Positions 1 to 10,943 of a stretch of DNA of 64,000 nucleotides are shown here, piece by piece. The notes beneath the pieces were generated by a model. That model made no database searches. It was given only the letters and a program-made list of their open reading frames with translations, and was not told the DNA's origin. The stretch's first letter is position 1; every line of letters begins with the position of its first letter. Source of the stretch: Thainema sp. (GTDB lineage: Bacteria; Cyanobacteriota; Cyanobacteriia; Phormidesmidales; Phormidesmidaceae); the NCBI GenBank assembly GCA_052168235.1, contig JBQLZK010000039.1, positions 1-64,000 of the forward strand. The letters are read 5' to 3'. Made by a program: the position numbers and the translations under genes.

Positions 1-91
1 CTGGATTTGGACTTAGCACTCTCAAGTCTCTATTTAGAATGCAATAGCCCTGGTTGTACGGCAGCCATTTCCAAATAAATATCGGGAATTA

Positions 92-544
92 ATGAACTAC
101 CTGGCTAGCGGTAGCTGGAAAGAAGCTGATCAGGAAACCGATAAGTTGATGCTGAAAGTAGTCGGTAAAAAAGCAGAAGATCGTGGTTACTTGGAGTTGG
201 AAGAGATTAAAAACTTTCCCAGTAAGGATCTCTTGCTCATTGATTATTTGTGGTTAAAATTCAGTGGCGGCAGATTTGGCTTTAGCGTTCAAAAGCAGAT
301 TTGGGTAGAAGTTGGCGGCAAACTAGACTTTGGCGAAGATGAGGATGCTGCGAGAACAGCATATCGGAAAATGAGTGCTCTCAATGGGTGGCGTCACAAA
401 AATGGAAATTACGCTAGCTATCCCGATCAAATAATTTTTGATTTTTCTGCACCAGTAGGGCACCTTCCAGTCTGCTCATATCGTTTTGGGCGGATTTCCC
501 GATCACTACTACATTTTTCTATGCTCTCTCATTCATATTTATAA
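92..544 (+). CDS. GUN4-domain protein (possibly 5'-truncated)
   Basis: Motifs WKEADQET, IDYLWLKFSGGRFGFSVQKQIW and APVGHLP match the GUN4-like domain; GUN4-like residues (KYREL) continue upstream of the ATG to an in-frame TAG at 35-37. Confidence 0.8.
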   Translation: MNYLASGSWKEADQETDKLMLKVVGKKAEDRGYLELEEIKNFPSKDLLLIDYLWLKFSGGRFGFSVQKQIWVEVGGKLDFGEDEDAARTAYRKMSALNGWRHKNGNYASYPDQIIFDFSAPVGHLPVCSYRFGRISRSLLHFSMLSHSYL

Positions 545-647
545 ACTGTAAAAGCTTCAGTTTGCTTCAGCATTCTCACGCTATGCAAACAAAAAGACCG
601 AGAATTGCTTCCCAGCCTTTTCGTAAGTTCAATATTTCGTTGATCGA

Positions 648-1664
648 TTAGTAGTCCGTTTCTTCTTCGTATTCAACCACCCGCTTACGTTCCAAGTTAA
701 CTGGCGGTCGATCCGAGGGATTGGATTCCGGCGTTTTCGCTTCGCCCCATACGTCCTCCGTCACGTCTTGATAATCCGATTGAGCCGGAGTTGCAGGCTC
801 ATCATCCCAGTTGCTTTCTTCCTCGTCCCAGTTACTCGCTTCATTCTGGGGCGGATAATATTCCGGCTCAGCCATATAAACGGGTTCCGGTTCCGGATAG
901 CTCGGCGGTGGTGGCTCCATCTGCTGGCGACGCTGCATCGGTTCCGGCTGTGGTTCCCAGCGTGGCATCGGCTCAGCATATTCCCGCTCCCGCTCCATCC
1001 GAATCGGCGGCGCTTCCCGCATCGGCGGTGCAGGCGTTTTCAAACCTGTCCCCAACTGATTTGCGGGCGGCGTTGGCATCATATAGTCGCCCATGTCATC
1101 ACGTTCCCAGGGCGGAGCGCTAATGCCTAGTCTTTCCAGGATGCCAACCGTGAGCTGCACCATCTTGTCTTCAGCGCCCTCGAATACGATTAGGCGATCA
1201 GGGCCGCTGCTGACGACTTGATCCACGGGTAGCTCATAGGTGCTGACTACCTGATCCGGAATTTGGGGATAGCCAACCGAAGCGATAATCAGCGTTTGCA
1301 GCTCTCCGGTGGCCACATCAAACTTGAAACCCCGTACTCGGCCAAGGGGTTCTCCATTTTCAGTAATCACCTCGCAGTTGATCAAGGTGTTATAAACCTC
1401 GACCACCATCGGGTCTTCCAGAATCAGGTCGTCGTCTACTAAAATTACGTCCCCGATTTGGCGGATTTCGCTGAGGGGCATAATCTGCATCGCGTTAGAT
1501 AACACACCCGACAGCATGTTCTCTCGGAGGCCCAGAGCAACTACCTCTTTGCGATCAATATCTACCCAGATCTGACTCACGATGCCCAGACGTTTGGCTC
1601 CGTCTCGGGTAACAACCTGAGTGCCCAATAAATCAGCGCGGTAGCGAATATATTCTGATGCCAT
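648..1664 (-). CDS. PRC-barrel domain protein
   Basis: Two PRC-barrel repeats (LLGTQVVTRDGAKRLG; LINCEVITENGEPLGRV) plus acidic/Pro-rich tail; sits downstream of smc as commonly seen in cyanobacteria. Confidence 0.85.
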   Translation of the reverse strand: MASEYIRYRADLLGTQVVTRDGAKRLGIVSQIWVDIDRKEVVALGLRENMLSGVLSNAMQIMPLSEIRQIGDVILVDDDLILEDPMVVEVYNTLINCEVITENGEPLGRVRGFKFDVATGELQTLIIASVGYPQIPDQVVSTYELPVDQVVSSGPDRLIVFEGAEDKMVQLTVGILERLGISAPPWERDDMGDYMMPTPPANQLGTGLKTPAPPMREAPPIRMEREREYAEPMPRWEPQPEPMQRRQQMEPPPPSYPEPEPVYMAEPEYYPPQNEASNWDEEESNWDDEPATPAQSDYQDVTEDVWGEAKTPESNPSDRPPVNLERKRVVEYEEETDY

Positions 1665-1799
1665 GTCCGAGTCCTAACCTCGAAATTAATCCTCTAAGTC
1701 CGTAGCTGGCTCAAAACTGGGGAAACGCTCCGACGAGGTATATCCCTCCGGCTTTGAGCAGTAAGATCTTGTTACCTATAATTCCACAATTTTACAGAA

Positions 1800-4700
1800 C
1801 TACACAGAAGCTTTCTCTTGCTGAAGGCTAATTCCCAAAACTTGGGTGTATGCCCCGCGAGCTTGAGTGACGCCAATTGTGCGTTCTGACGATTCAATCA
1901 TGGGTCGCCGCAGGCTGACAACAATAAATTGCGCTTGTTGAGCCTGGTGCTTGATCATTTTAGCTAATCGCTCTACGTTTGCCCCATCCAAGAACATATC
2001 TACTTCGTCAAACGAATAAAATGGTGACGGACGGTAGCGCTGCAGCGCAAAGATAAAGCTGAGTGCCGTGAGTGACTTTTCGCCCCCGGACATGGAAGCC
2101 AATCGGCGGACGGGCTTGCCTTTGGGATGGGCAATCAGGTTCAAGCCACCGCTAAACGGATCTTCTGGATTTTCCAGATCCAAATTACCGTCACCATCGG
2201 ACAGTTCAGCAAAGATCGCCTGGAAGTTAGTATTCACGGCATCAAAGGCTTCCCGGAAGGCTTGGCGGCGTAGGGTAGTGAAGTTTTCAACTCGGAGGAG
2301 TAGCTCCGTCCGCTCCTCTTCCAGCGTGGTCAGCTTTTGGCTCAGGTCTTCCAGGCGGGCTTGGGTACGGTCATACTCTTCCAAGGCCAGCATGTTGACG
2401 GGTTCCATTGCCTCCAATCGCCGCTGCAGCGATCGCAGTTCTTTCTGCAGTTCTTCCAAGGTTAAATCTTCAGGAATCTCCGGCAGCGGATCCGGTAATT
2501 CTGCCCGCTGAGCCGCTAGCTGTTCAACCAGTTCTGCCAGTTCCTGCTGGCGCTGCTGCTGGGATTCCGCTAGTTTTTCCTGCTGCCACTGGAGCTGCTG
2601 CTGCTGGGTTTGCTGATCCCGCAGTTGCCGCTCCTTCTGATCGCGCACCGCTTTTTCGGAAGCCAGGGTTTTGTCTAATTCTGCGATCGCACGCTTTGTT
2701 TCATCAATCCGCGCCTGGAGCTGCTGTTGCTGCTGAGTTAACTCAGTGGCTTGGCTGATCTGCTGAGTCTGTTGAGCGCGAATTGCTTGAATCTGGGCTT
2801 GGCCCTGCTGAATTTTTTCCTGGAGGCGCTGGGTTTGGTTTTCCAGATCTTGCGATCGCTGTTCAGCACTCCGTACAGCCAATTGGCGATTGCTCAGTTC
2901 GGTTTCCAACTGCCGCACTGCCGCTTGAATCTGCTGCCACTCGCTGTGGGTTTGCGACTGTTCCAAATCAGCTAGCACCTGGCGCTGCTGTTGGAGGTCA
3001 GTTTCCAATGCAGGCAGATTTGCCTCTAGCTGCTGGAGTCGTACCTGCGCCTGAGTTTGCTCTTGGGTAAACTGAGCAAGCTGCACCTGACCTTGACTTT
3101 GCTGCTCGGTCAACTGCTGAATTTGCGCGTCAAACTGCTGAACCTGTAGCTCCAGCTCACGGTGGGTTTGGCGCGCTTCCGTGATGCCCTGGCTGTATTG
3201 TTTGACGGCTGCCGTCGCTTTGTGAATCGCGTTTTCGCAGCGGATGAGAATTTTTTCGATTACGGCCAGCCGTTCCCGTAGCTGCATCGCTTCCTCGGAT
3301 TCGCCTGCTTCTACACGGCCAAAGTGCAGCGTTCCCTGACGAGCGTTAATGCTGCCGCCCGTCATTGCGCCGCTGGTTTCCAGCAGCTCTCCATCCAGCG
3401 TCACAATCCGATAGCTGCCCAAATTGCGCCGCGCTTCGGCAATGGATTCAAACACCACCGTGCCGCCAAATACATAGGCAAAGACATCCTGATAGCGGTC
3501 GTCGCACTCAATTAAGTTCTGGGCATAGTCAATAAAGCCTTCCGGACGCTGCCATGCCGCCACTTCTTGAAATCGAGGTGGGCGAATTTTATTTAGGGGC
3601 AAAAACGTGGCTCGTCCCGCCCGCTTTTGCTTCAGCAGCTCAATTGCCGCTGCGGCTACACCGTCATCTTCCACCACCAGATGGCCCAGTCGTCCCCCAG
3701 CCGCAATTTCTAGCGCCAGTTGATAACGCGGATCAACTCGACCTAGTTGCGCTACTAGCCCACAGATTCCCGGTAGCCCCGTCTCCAAAATTACGTTAGT
3801 GGCACGAGTACCCTGGCTTTCCTGCATGGCCTGGGTTTGCGCTTCCAGCTTGTCTAACTGCCGCTGCTTGTCCCGCTGCTCCTGGATCAGGCGCGTCTGG
3901 GTTTCTTGCTGCACCTGGAGTTCTTGCTCAGCGGCAGCGAGAGCCTGCGCTAAACCCTGCACCGTATTTTGTGCCCCACCAAGCTGATTATCCTGAATCT
4001 GCTTGCGCTGGCCTTCCTTGACGCTGAGGGTTTGAGCCAGCAAGCTTAAACTCTCGGTTTGCTCTTGAATTTTGATCTGAAGCTGATTGGTACGTTCCTG
4101 TAATCTCGCCTGCTCCGTTCGCTGCGGCTCAATCGTGCTCAGCAATGACTCGATCCGGTGACGTAGGTGAGTTTGTTCTTGTACCCATGCTTCTGAAGTG
4201 GCTGCGATCGCACTTACGGCTTCCCGCCGCTGCTCTAGCTGCTGCTGCACCTGATCGCGTTCAGCCTGAGCCGCTAGCCGCTGCTGTTCAACCTGACGCT
4301 GTTCCTGGATAATCCGCTCAATCTGCTGGGTATGTTCCTGAATCTCCTGCTGCGTCTTGGCAAGCTGCTCTGTCAGCTCTTGCTGCTTGGTTTTCCCCTC
4401 CTGCTCCTGCCGCTGAAGCTGGCGCAGTTCCGCCTCACGAGTTGCCAGGGCGGACTGGAGCGCCAAATGCTCATCTTCACCCAGCGCTTTGACGCGGACA
4501 TTGAGCTGTTCCAATTCCGCACTAGTTGCTTGAATCGTGGCCGACAGCGCCGCAAGCTGCTCCGCTAGTTCATTTAATGTTTTACGGCCAGCTTCTAGCT
4601 CTCTCTGAATCCGCTGTTCCCGTTTTTGCTGCTGCTGCCACTCCAGCACGCCTTCCCACTGGGCTTTTTCTTGCAGTTTCGCTCTTAGCTTTTGATATTT

Positions 4701-5546
4701 TTCGGCCTTGATCCGGTCTTGAGCTAAGCGATCGCGCTGGACAATCAGCTCTTGCTCGACGATGCGGAACCGCTCTTCGCGTTCTTTAACTTGATCGAGC
4801 TTGGAACGCGCCTGATCAATTTTGCGGTCAAATGCTGCCACTCCGGCTAGCTCATCGATAATCGTCCGTCGCTCACGGGGATTCATCGAAATGATGCTGG
4901 TGACATCCCCCTGGAGAACAATGTTGTAGCCTTCTGGATAAATGCGGAATCGCTGAAGCTGCTCATGCAGCTCCGTCATCGTACAGGGTTCGCCGTTGAT
5001 GTAGTAGTTCGACGTGTACGTTCCCTGCTGCGTTACCCGCAGTCGCCGCGTTACCGTCCATTCTGCTGCGGGATCTGTAGAGCTTTCGTCGTCGGAATTG
5101 CCATTGGATTCCGAGTCAGTATCGGCTGACACACCGTCAGCGCTGTGACCATTTTGCGAGTGGCCATTTTGATGTCCATTCTCCTGCGCCAACGATTCTG
5201 TTTCTGATTCAGCCGATTTCAATCCTTCAGCGTCACCTTGATCACGTTCCAGCGCTTCAATATCCCGCAGCGCATCAATTTCGTCGCTAATATCAAATGT
5301 AACCGTCACGCTGGCTTCGACAGTGGAACGACTACGGCTTTGGTTTTGGTTGACCAAATCCGGCAGACGTTCCGCCCGCATCCCCTTCGAGCTAGACAAG
5401 CCCAACGCGAACAGCAGCGCGTCCAAAATGTTTGATTTTCCTGACCCATTTGGGCCAGAAATCACTGTAAACCCAGGCAAAAACGGCACTGACGTTTTGC
5501 CGCCAAAGGATTTAAAGTTGCAGAGTTCGACACGCTTAACATGCAC
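1800..5546 (-). CDS. smc: Chromosome segregation protein SMC
   Basis: Walker A GPNGSGKSN, long coiled coils, hinge GRATFLPL, signature MSGGEKS, Walker B FDEVD. Confidence 0.97.
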   Translation of the reverse strand: MHVKRVELCNFKSFGGKTSVPFLPGFTVISGPNGSGKSNILDALLFALGLSSSKGMRAERLPDLVNQNQSRSRSTVEASVTVTFDISDEIDALRDIEALERDQGDAEGLKSAESETESLAQENGHQNGHSQNGHSADGVSADTDSESNGNSDDESSTDPAAEWTVTRRLRVTQQGTYTSNYYINGEPCTMTELHEQLQRFRIYPEGYNIVLQGDVTSIISMNPRERRTIIDELAGVAAFDRKIDQARSKLDQVKEREERFRIVEQELIVQRDRLAQDRIKAEKYQKLRAKLQEKAQWEGVLEWQQQQKREQRIQRELEAGRKTLNELAEQLAALSATIQATSAELEQLNVRVKALGEDEHLALQSALATREAELRQLQRQEQEGKTKQQELTEQLAKTQQEIQEHTQQIERIIQEQRQVEQQRLAAQAERDQVQQQLEQRREAVSAIAATSEAWVQEQTHLRHRIESLLSTIEPQRTEQARLQERTNQLQIKIQEQTESLSLLAQTLSVKEGQRKQIQDNQLGGAQNTVQGLAQALAAAEQELQVQQETQTRLIQEQRDKQRQLDKLEAQTQAMQESQGTRATNVILETGLPGICGLVAQLGRVDPRYQLALEIAAGGRLGHLVVEDDGVAAAAIELLKQKRAGRATFLPLNKIRPPRFQEVAAWQRPEGFIDYAQNLIECDDRYQDVFAYVFGGTVVFESIAEARRNLGSYRIVTLDGELLETSGAMTGGSINARQGTLHFGRVEAGESEEAMQLRERLAVIEKILIRCENAIHKATAAVKQYSQGITEARQTHRELELQVQQFDAQIQQLTEQQSQGQVQLAQFTQEQTQAQVRLQQLEANLPALETDLQQQRQVLADLEQSQTHSEWQQIQAAVRQLETELSNRQLAVRSAEQRSQDLENQTQRLQEKIQQGQAQIQAIRAQQTQQISQATELTQQQQQLQARIDETKRAIAELDKTLASEKAVRDQKERQLRDQQTQQQQLQWQQEKLAESQQQRQQELAELVEQLAAQRAELPDPLPEIPEDLTLEELQKELRSLQRRLEAMEPVNMLALEEYDRTQARLEDLSQKLTTLEEERTELLLRVENFTTLRRQAFREAFDAVNTNFQAIFAELSDGDGNLDLENPEDPFSGGLNLIAHPKGKPVRRLASMSGGEKSLTALSFIFALQRYRPSPFYSFDEVDMFLDGANVERLAKMIKHQAQQAQFIVVSLRRPMIESSERTIGVTQARGAYTQVLGISLQQEKASV

Positions 5547-5675
5547 GAGGGGGCAGCACCTCTCCGCTCAATAAAGTACAAATATACCACCCAGTTTAAC
5601 GGGTGACTCATATTTTATTCACAAATCCCCAAAAACTCCGATAAATTGTCCCGAATAGGTTAAGTAACGTAAAAA

Positions 5676-6449
5676 TCAGTACCCCACCAACTGTGCTGCA
5701 TCATTAAAAAAGCTCCGCGCCAGCCCCCACGTCACCAAGATTGCCGTCAATAAGTCCGCAAAGGTCAGCATGAACAGAATTAAAAGCTGATACAGCGCCG
5801 CATCCATTGGGTCAGCTCCACCCAGAATTTGTCCCGTGATAATGCCAGGTAGCTTGACAATGCCGACGATCATCATGGCGTTGATTGTGGGAATCAGTCC
5901 GGCTCGTATCGCCTCGCGGCGATATTGCGCGATCGCAACTTGAGGTGTGGCTCCCAAGCTCAAATGCGTCTCGATTTCTAGCCGATTATTGCGCAGGGTG
6001 CTAAATAGTCGCTCACCTGCGATCGCAGCTCCATTCATGGCGTTACCGAGGACAATTCCGGCTAAGGGAATAAAGTACTGCGGTTCGTACCAGGTATCAG
6101 GGCGCAGCACCGTCAGATTGGTGTAGGCCAGCGTTAACGCCGTTGCCGCCAATAGTGAACCCCAAATCATCGGCAAAAAGCGGGGAATCTTCTTGCTGAT
6201 CCGGTTACGAGTGACCAAGGCCGCTACTGACAACATCACCAGCACGACCAGAATGACCGCAACTGGGTTCCGCCACGCAAAAACAACCGCCAGCACGTAT
6301 CCCACGGCCAAAAGCTGCACAGTGGCCCGTACGGTAGCAATGATCAGATCCTTCTCCAGCTCTAGCCGCTGCCAAAGGGAAAGGCCAACTGCGATCGCAA
6401 TTAAGCCAACGGCCCAGGTTAACCGCACAGCATCCAATTCAATTAGCAC
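5676..6449 (-). CDS. fetB: UPF0014/FetB-family ABC transporter permease
   Basis: Motifs RATVQLLAVGYVL, PLAGIVLGNAMNG, LSLGATP, GIVKLPGIITGQILGG. Confidence 0.85.
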   Translation of the reverse strand: MLIELDAVRLTWAVGLIAIAVGLSLWQRLELEKDLIIATVRATVQLLAVGYVLAVVFAWRNPVAVILVVLVMLSVAALVTRNRISKKIPRFLPMIWGSLLAATALTLAYTNLTVLRPDTWYEPQYFIPLAGIVLGNAMNGAAIAGERLFSTLRNNRLEIETHLSLGATPQVAIAQYRREAIRAGLIPTINAMMIVGIVKLPGIITGQILGGADPMDAALYQLLILFMLTFADLLTAILVTWGLARSFFNDAAQLVGY

Positions 6450-6613
6450 AATTCTGTTCCTAATGTTGTTTCAAATCAGTTTTGATGGTTATGTGCTACT
6501 CTCCGGGCGGCACATCAACCATCAAAACCCATTAAAACAAAGCTGACAGACTACCAGTCGAGTTTCTCGTTTCCCTAAAAACAGTGAGAACAGGATACAC
6601 CGGCATCCTGCTC

Positions 6614-7210
6614 TCACTGCGCTTTCGCATCTTCACTGGTTCCTTCATCTTCATAGGATGTCGAATTCGGTTCAGGCGGTTCATCTGGGGCGCTTTCAGA
6701 TCCATTCTGGGCTGGCAGTGATGAGTGTTCTAGCTTGAGTTCTAGGCCTAACGCCTCATATTTTTCGCGGAGTACGGCTTCCAGGCGGCGAATTTCCTCT
6801 TTCTCTTTCTTCAGATTTTCTTCTAACTGCTGAATCTGATCCCGTCGCGCCTCCGTTTCCAGAACCCGCCGACCAATTTCTTGGCTCTGCAACGTAAGAG
6901 ATTGACGCCACTGCTCCGCGCGCTCAATTTCTTCCTGTAGCTGCTCTGGCGTAATGCCAATAGTTAAATACTCACCAAGTGTCTGCACGATCCAATCGGT
7001 TGCATCCCGCAGATTGCTGACTTTATCATCGTCAAGATCCAGGAGAACCAGATTGCCTTCATGTAGCGCATTTGCATCTGCTGCGGAGCAAGTTTCAGCG
7101 GGTTCCACTATTTCCCATGCATATTTGGATCGCTGACGAGCCAGCAATAACAGCTCTGCTTTGCCCAGCAAAGTTTTTCGTTGTATGCGAGCCAAATGCA
7201 GCATTGACAA
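6614..7210 (-). CDS. Conserved cyanobacterial coiled-coil hypothetical protein
   Basis: 198-aa ORF with the ERAEQWRQSLTLQSQE coiled-coil motif seen in cyanobacterial hypotheticals. Confidence 0.7.
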   Translation of the reverse strand: MSMLHLARIQRKTLLGKAELLLLARQRSKYAWEIVEPAETCSAADANALHEGNLVLLDLDDDKVSNLRDATDWIVQTLGEYLTIGITPEQLQEEIERAEQWRQSLTLQSQEIGRRVLETEARRDQIQQLEENLKKEKEEIRRLEAVLREKYEALGLELKLEHSSLPAQNGSESAPDEPPEPNSTSYEDEGTSEDAKAQ

Positions 7211-7790
7211 TAATCAAACCAAACGTTAGGGGAACCTAGAGAGAATATACTCTTCAACCATTGAACAGACAATGTTAAGCCGTATTAAGCTTTGGTAAAC
7301 CTGTTCCTTGTGCAGACAAAGCTAGAACATATTAAGTTGAAAATCTGAGATTGGCATTATTCTCTAGACAACTTTTTTGTTTTCAGCCTATTTAATCCTG
7401 TTCTGCTGGCGACTTGCCACTATTTTTCCCATTACGCAGGAAAAAGTCGCGATCCGAAAATTATGTGTCTTTGTTAAGGCTAAATCAAAAATCCAAATTA
7501 ACTGTCATGGCTCACTCATGACACACAAGCGTCATTACGACATACCTACTGCGGCCTAATTAAGCGACACCCTCGGCAGTCAGACTACGGTATGACAACC
7601 AAACGCGATTCTACCTAAATATGGGTCTTAGCGATTGATTCGTGTTCCGACTCAACTTCCAAACCAACAATCAACCGACCGATATATATAACCGTCGCCA
7701 CGTTGGTCGAGACATCTATGAAATCCAACATTTGAATGTTTTCAGAGTTTTCCAACGCCCTAATCAATGTGACTACTACTGCCACACGAT

Positions 7791-7838
7791 TCTGATTTCC
7801 GTGAAAGGCTCCTAGCACAGCCCTCCACGGAAATCAGA
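7791..7838. terminator. Long inverted repeat downstream of valS, possible terminator
   Basis: TCTGATTTCCGTG ... CACGGAAATCAGA arms with further imperfect inner pairing. Confidence 0.45.
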
Positions 7839-7893
7839 GAAACAATCATTCGAAATTCCCGGCTTGGATTCCGAACTGCATCCAGATAACAGC

Positions 7894-10632
7894 CTATAGA
7901 CGCGCTAGTCGATCGCGGAGAATCTCAGCTTGCTTTTCAGCTTCAGCTAATGCGTCCCGTGCACCCTGCACTACCTGTTCAGGAGCCTTTTCAACGAAGC
8001 TGGCATTATTTAACCGTCCGGATAGGGACTTGATCTCTGATTCAATTTTACCGAGATCTTTCTCTAGCTTGCCACGCAGAATCGAAACATCGACCACACC
8101 GGATAGTGGAATCAGCACCTGTACAGTACCGACAACGCCCGCAATCGTTTGCTGCTGGGGCGCGTCGTCAGCAGATTCTAAAATCTCCAACGTTTCGACT
8201 TTGGCCAAATCCTGAATGTAGGTTTCAGTTGCTGCGAGGATGTCGCGTTCGTGGTTGCGATCGCTCTGTAAAACGGCTTTCACTTTGACTGAGGGTTTAA
8301 TCCCCGCTTCGGCTCGCAGATTTCGCAGCACGCGCACTGCACCGATCAGCAGCTCAAACTGTTCTTCCAATTTTGGATCAACCCAGTCGGCTTTGACCTC
8401 TGGATAGGAGGCCAGAGACAGAAACTCGGCTTCATCTTCCACTTGATTGAGCGTGTGCCAAATCTCTTCCGTGATGTGCGGCATAAAGGGATGCAGCAGC
8501 TTGAGAATGCCGTCCAGGACAAATCCCAGGGTTTGCCGAGCCGCCTGCTTCGTGGCCGCATTGTCGCCGAACAGTCGTGACTTGACCAGTTCAATGTACC
8601 AGTCGCAGAAGTCACCCCAGGTAAAGTCGTACAGTTCCTTGGCTGCTTCGCCCATGCCGTAGGCATCCATATAGCGGCGGACAGTATGAACCGTTTGGAA
8701 ATAGCGCGACAAAATCCAGCGATCGCTCAGTTCCAGCGCCTCTGGATGAGCCGTCGGATCGCCAAGCTGAGCGGGTGGTTTGCCCTCCAGGTTCATCATC
8801 ACGAATCGAGCCGCATTCCACAGCTTGTTCGTAAAGTTACGCGAGGCTTCTACTGAAACGGACTCGTCTTTCTCACGGTCATACTCCAAGCGGACATCCT
8901 GTCCAGCACCCGCTACTTCGCGAATCAGGGTATAGCGCAGCGCATCGGTGCCGTACTTGTTGATCAGCAGCAGGGGATCGATGCCGTTGCCCTTGGACTT
9001 AGACATCTTCTGGTTGTTCTCATCCCGCACCAGACCGTGGATATAAACTGTTTCAAACGGCATTTTGCCCGTAAAGTGTCCAGCCATCAGCGTCATCCGG
9101 GCCACCCAGAAGAAAATGATGTCGAAACCCGTAACCAGCGTAGTGGTGGGATAGTAGGTTGCCAGATCCTTCGTCTGCTCTGGCCAGCCCATTGTCGAGA
9201 ACGGCCACAGCCCTGAGGAGAACCAGGTATCGAGTACATCTGGATCTTGCTCTAGCTGTACGTCCGCTCCAAATTTGGCCTCGGCCTGTTTACGGGCATC
9301 GGTTTCGTTCATCGCTACGATAAACGGTGTGCTATCGGTAATTTCGCCGCCCGTTTCACTGATGGCATACCAGGCCGGAATCTGATGTCCCCACCAGAGC
9401 TGACGAGAAATACACCAGTCGCGCAAGTTCATCAGCCAGTCGCGGTAAACCTTCGTCCAGCGCTCCGGCACGAAAGCAGGTGAATGCTGATCTTCCAAGA
9501 ATTGCAGCGCCCGACTTGCCAAGGGTTCAATTTTGACGAACCACTGGGTTGAGAGTAGCGGTTCGACAGGCACCTTACCGCGATCGCTATAGGGAACCGA
9601 GTGGCTGTAGTCCTCAATGCGAACCAAGAAACCCTCAGCGTCCAGCCGTTTGACGACGTTCTTCCGCGCTTCAAAGCGGTCTTGACCCTGAAAATCACCC
9701 GCATTCTCATTCAGGGTGCCGTCCTTATTCATGATCGTGATCATGGGCAAGTTGTGGCGCTTACCCATCTCGAAATCATTCGGGTCGTGGGCTGGAGTCA
9801 CTTTGACGCAGCCTGAGCCAAATTCCGGATCAACATACTCATCGCCAATCACCGGAATCTCCCGATTCATAATCGGTAGGCGCAGAGTTTTACCGATCAG
9901 GTGCTTGTAACGCTCATCCTTAGGATTCACCGCAACTGCCGTATCGCCCAGCATCGTCTCGGGTCGCGTTGTCGCCACTTCTACATAGCCGGAACCGTCG
10001 GTGAAGGGATAGCGGAAGTGCCAAAGATGGCCCTGCACTTCCTTATTTTCTACTTCTAAATCGGACACTGCCGACTGGCTGGCGGGGCACCAGTTGACCA
10101 TGTAATTGCCGCGATAGATTAGCCCCTCATCATAGAGCTGATTAAATGCAGTCAAAACCGCCTCCGATAGCCCCTCGTCCATCGTGAAGCGTTCCCGCGT
10201 CCAGTCCACCGACACGCCCAGCTTCCGGAGCTGATTCACAATGGTGCCGCCGGATTCTTCTTTCCATTCCCAAGCCTGCTGCAAATAAGCATCGCGTCCG
10301 ACCTCTTCACGGGTTTTGCCCTGCGATCGCAGTTCGTTATCCAAAATTGTACTTACCGCAATGCTGGCGTGGTCAGTACCCGGCAGCCAGAGAGTGTTGC
10401 GGCCCTTCATGCGGAAATAGCGCACAATTGTATCAATTAGTGCATTCTCGAAGGCGTGGCCCATGTGCAGGCTACCCGTCACGTTTGGCGGCGGAATCAC
10501 CACGCAAAACGGCTCACCGGGCGCATCCGGATCAGCTTTGAAGACTTCACGGTCTTCCCAATAGCGCTGCCATTTGGCTTCGGTTTCAAAGGGATCGTAC
10601 TGGCTGGGCAGGTTGGGAATGGTCGCAGTCAT
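7894..10632 (-). CDS. valS: Valine--tRNA ligase
   Basis: [13 protein letters not shown] (HIGH), [18 protein letters not shown]-terminal coiled coil. Confidence 0.98.
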   Translation of the reverse strand: MTATIPNLPSQYDPFETEAKWQRYWEDREVFKADPDAPGEPFCVVIPPPNVTGSLHMGHAFENALIDTIVRYFRMKGRNTLWLPGTDHASIAVSTILDNELRSQGKTREEVGRDAYLQQAWEWKEESGGTIVNQLRKLGVSVDWTRERFTMDEGLSEAVLTAFNQLYDEGLIYRGNYMVNWCPASQSAVSDLEVENKEVQGHLWHFRYPFTDGSGYVEVATTRPETMLGDTAVAVNPKDERYKHLIGKTLRLPIMNREIPVIGDEYVDPEFGSGCVKVTPAHDPNDFEMGKRHNLPMITIMNKDGTLNENAGDFQGQDRFEARKNVVKRLDAEGFLVRIEDYSHSVPYSDRGKVPVEPLLSTQWFVKIEPLASRALQFLEDQHSPAFVPERWTKVYRDWLMNLRDWCISRQLWWGHQIPAWYAISETGGEITDSTPFIVAMNETDARKQAEAKFGADVQLEQDPDVLDTWFSSGLWPFSTMGWPEQTKDLATYYPTTTLVTGFDIIFFWVARMTLMAGHFTGKMPFETVYIHGLVRDENNQKMSKSKGNGIDPLLLINKYGTDALRYTLIREVAGAGQDVRLEYDREKDESVSVEASRNFTNKLWNAARFVMMNLEGKPPAQLGDPTAHPEALELSDRWILSRYFQTVHTVRRYMDAYGMGEAAKELYDFTWGDFCDWYIELVKSRLFGDNAATKQAARQTLGFVLDGILKLLHPFMPHITEEIWHTLNQVEDEAEFLSLASYPEVKADWVDPKLEEQFELLIGAVRVLRNLRAEAGIKPSVKVKAVLQSDRNHERDILAATETYIQDLAKVETLEILESADDAPQQQTIAGVVGTVQVLIPLSGVVDVSILRGKLEKDLGKIESEIKSLSGRLNNASFVEKAPEQVVQGARDALAEAEKQAEILRDRLARL

Positions 10633-10943
10633 AGAACGTTCGCAGAACAGTTAGTTAATAAAGATTAGCAATCAATTCAAACATCTATAACGTTATCGGA
10701 AATCGGCCAGAAAGCCCACGTCTGTTTGAGGAAGTAAAGCGTGAGGAGTGAGGAGTTATCGCTGTATCCACTTTGGTCAAGACATCTACGAGATCTAGCG
10801 TTTGAACGTTTGAACGTTTCCAGATTTTTTTGTCGTCCTACACCAACGTGACTACTGCCATAATTCAACACTCAAAACTCAACACTCAAAACTTCCGACT
10901 CCTCTACAGCTCCCTCCTCAACAATCAACCCAACCTCACCGCT

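Noticed and set aside
7615..7818. 67-aa minus-strand ORF downstream of valS
   Set aside because: No recognisable motif or SD, and its start overlaps an inverted repeat; likely spurious
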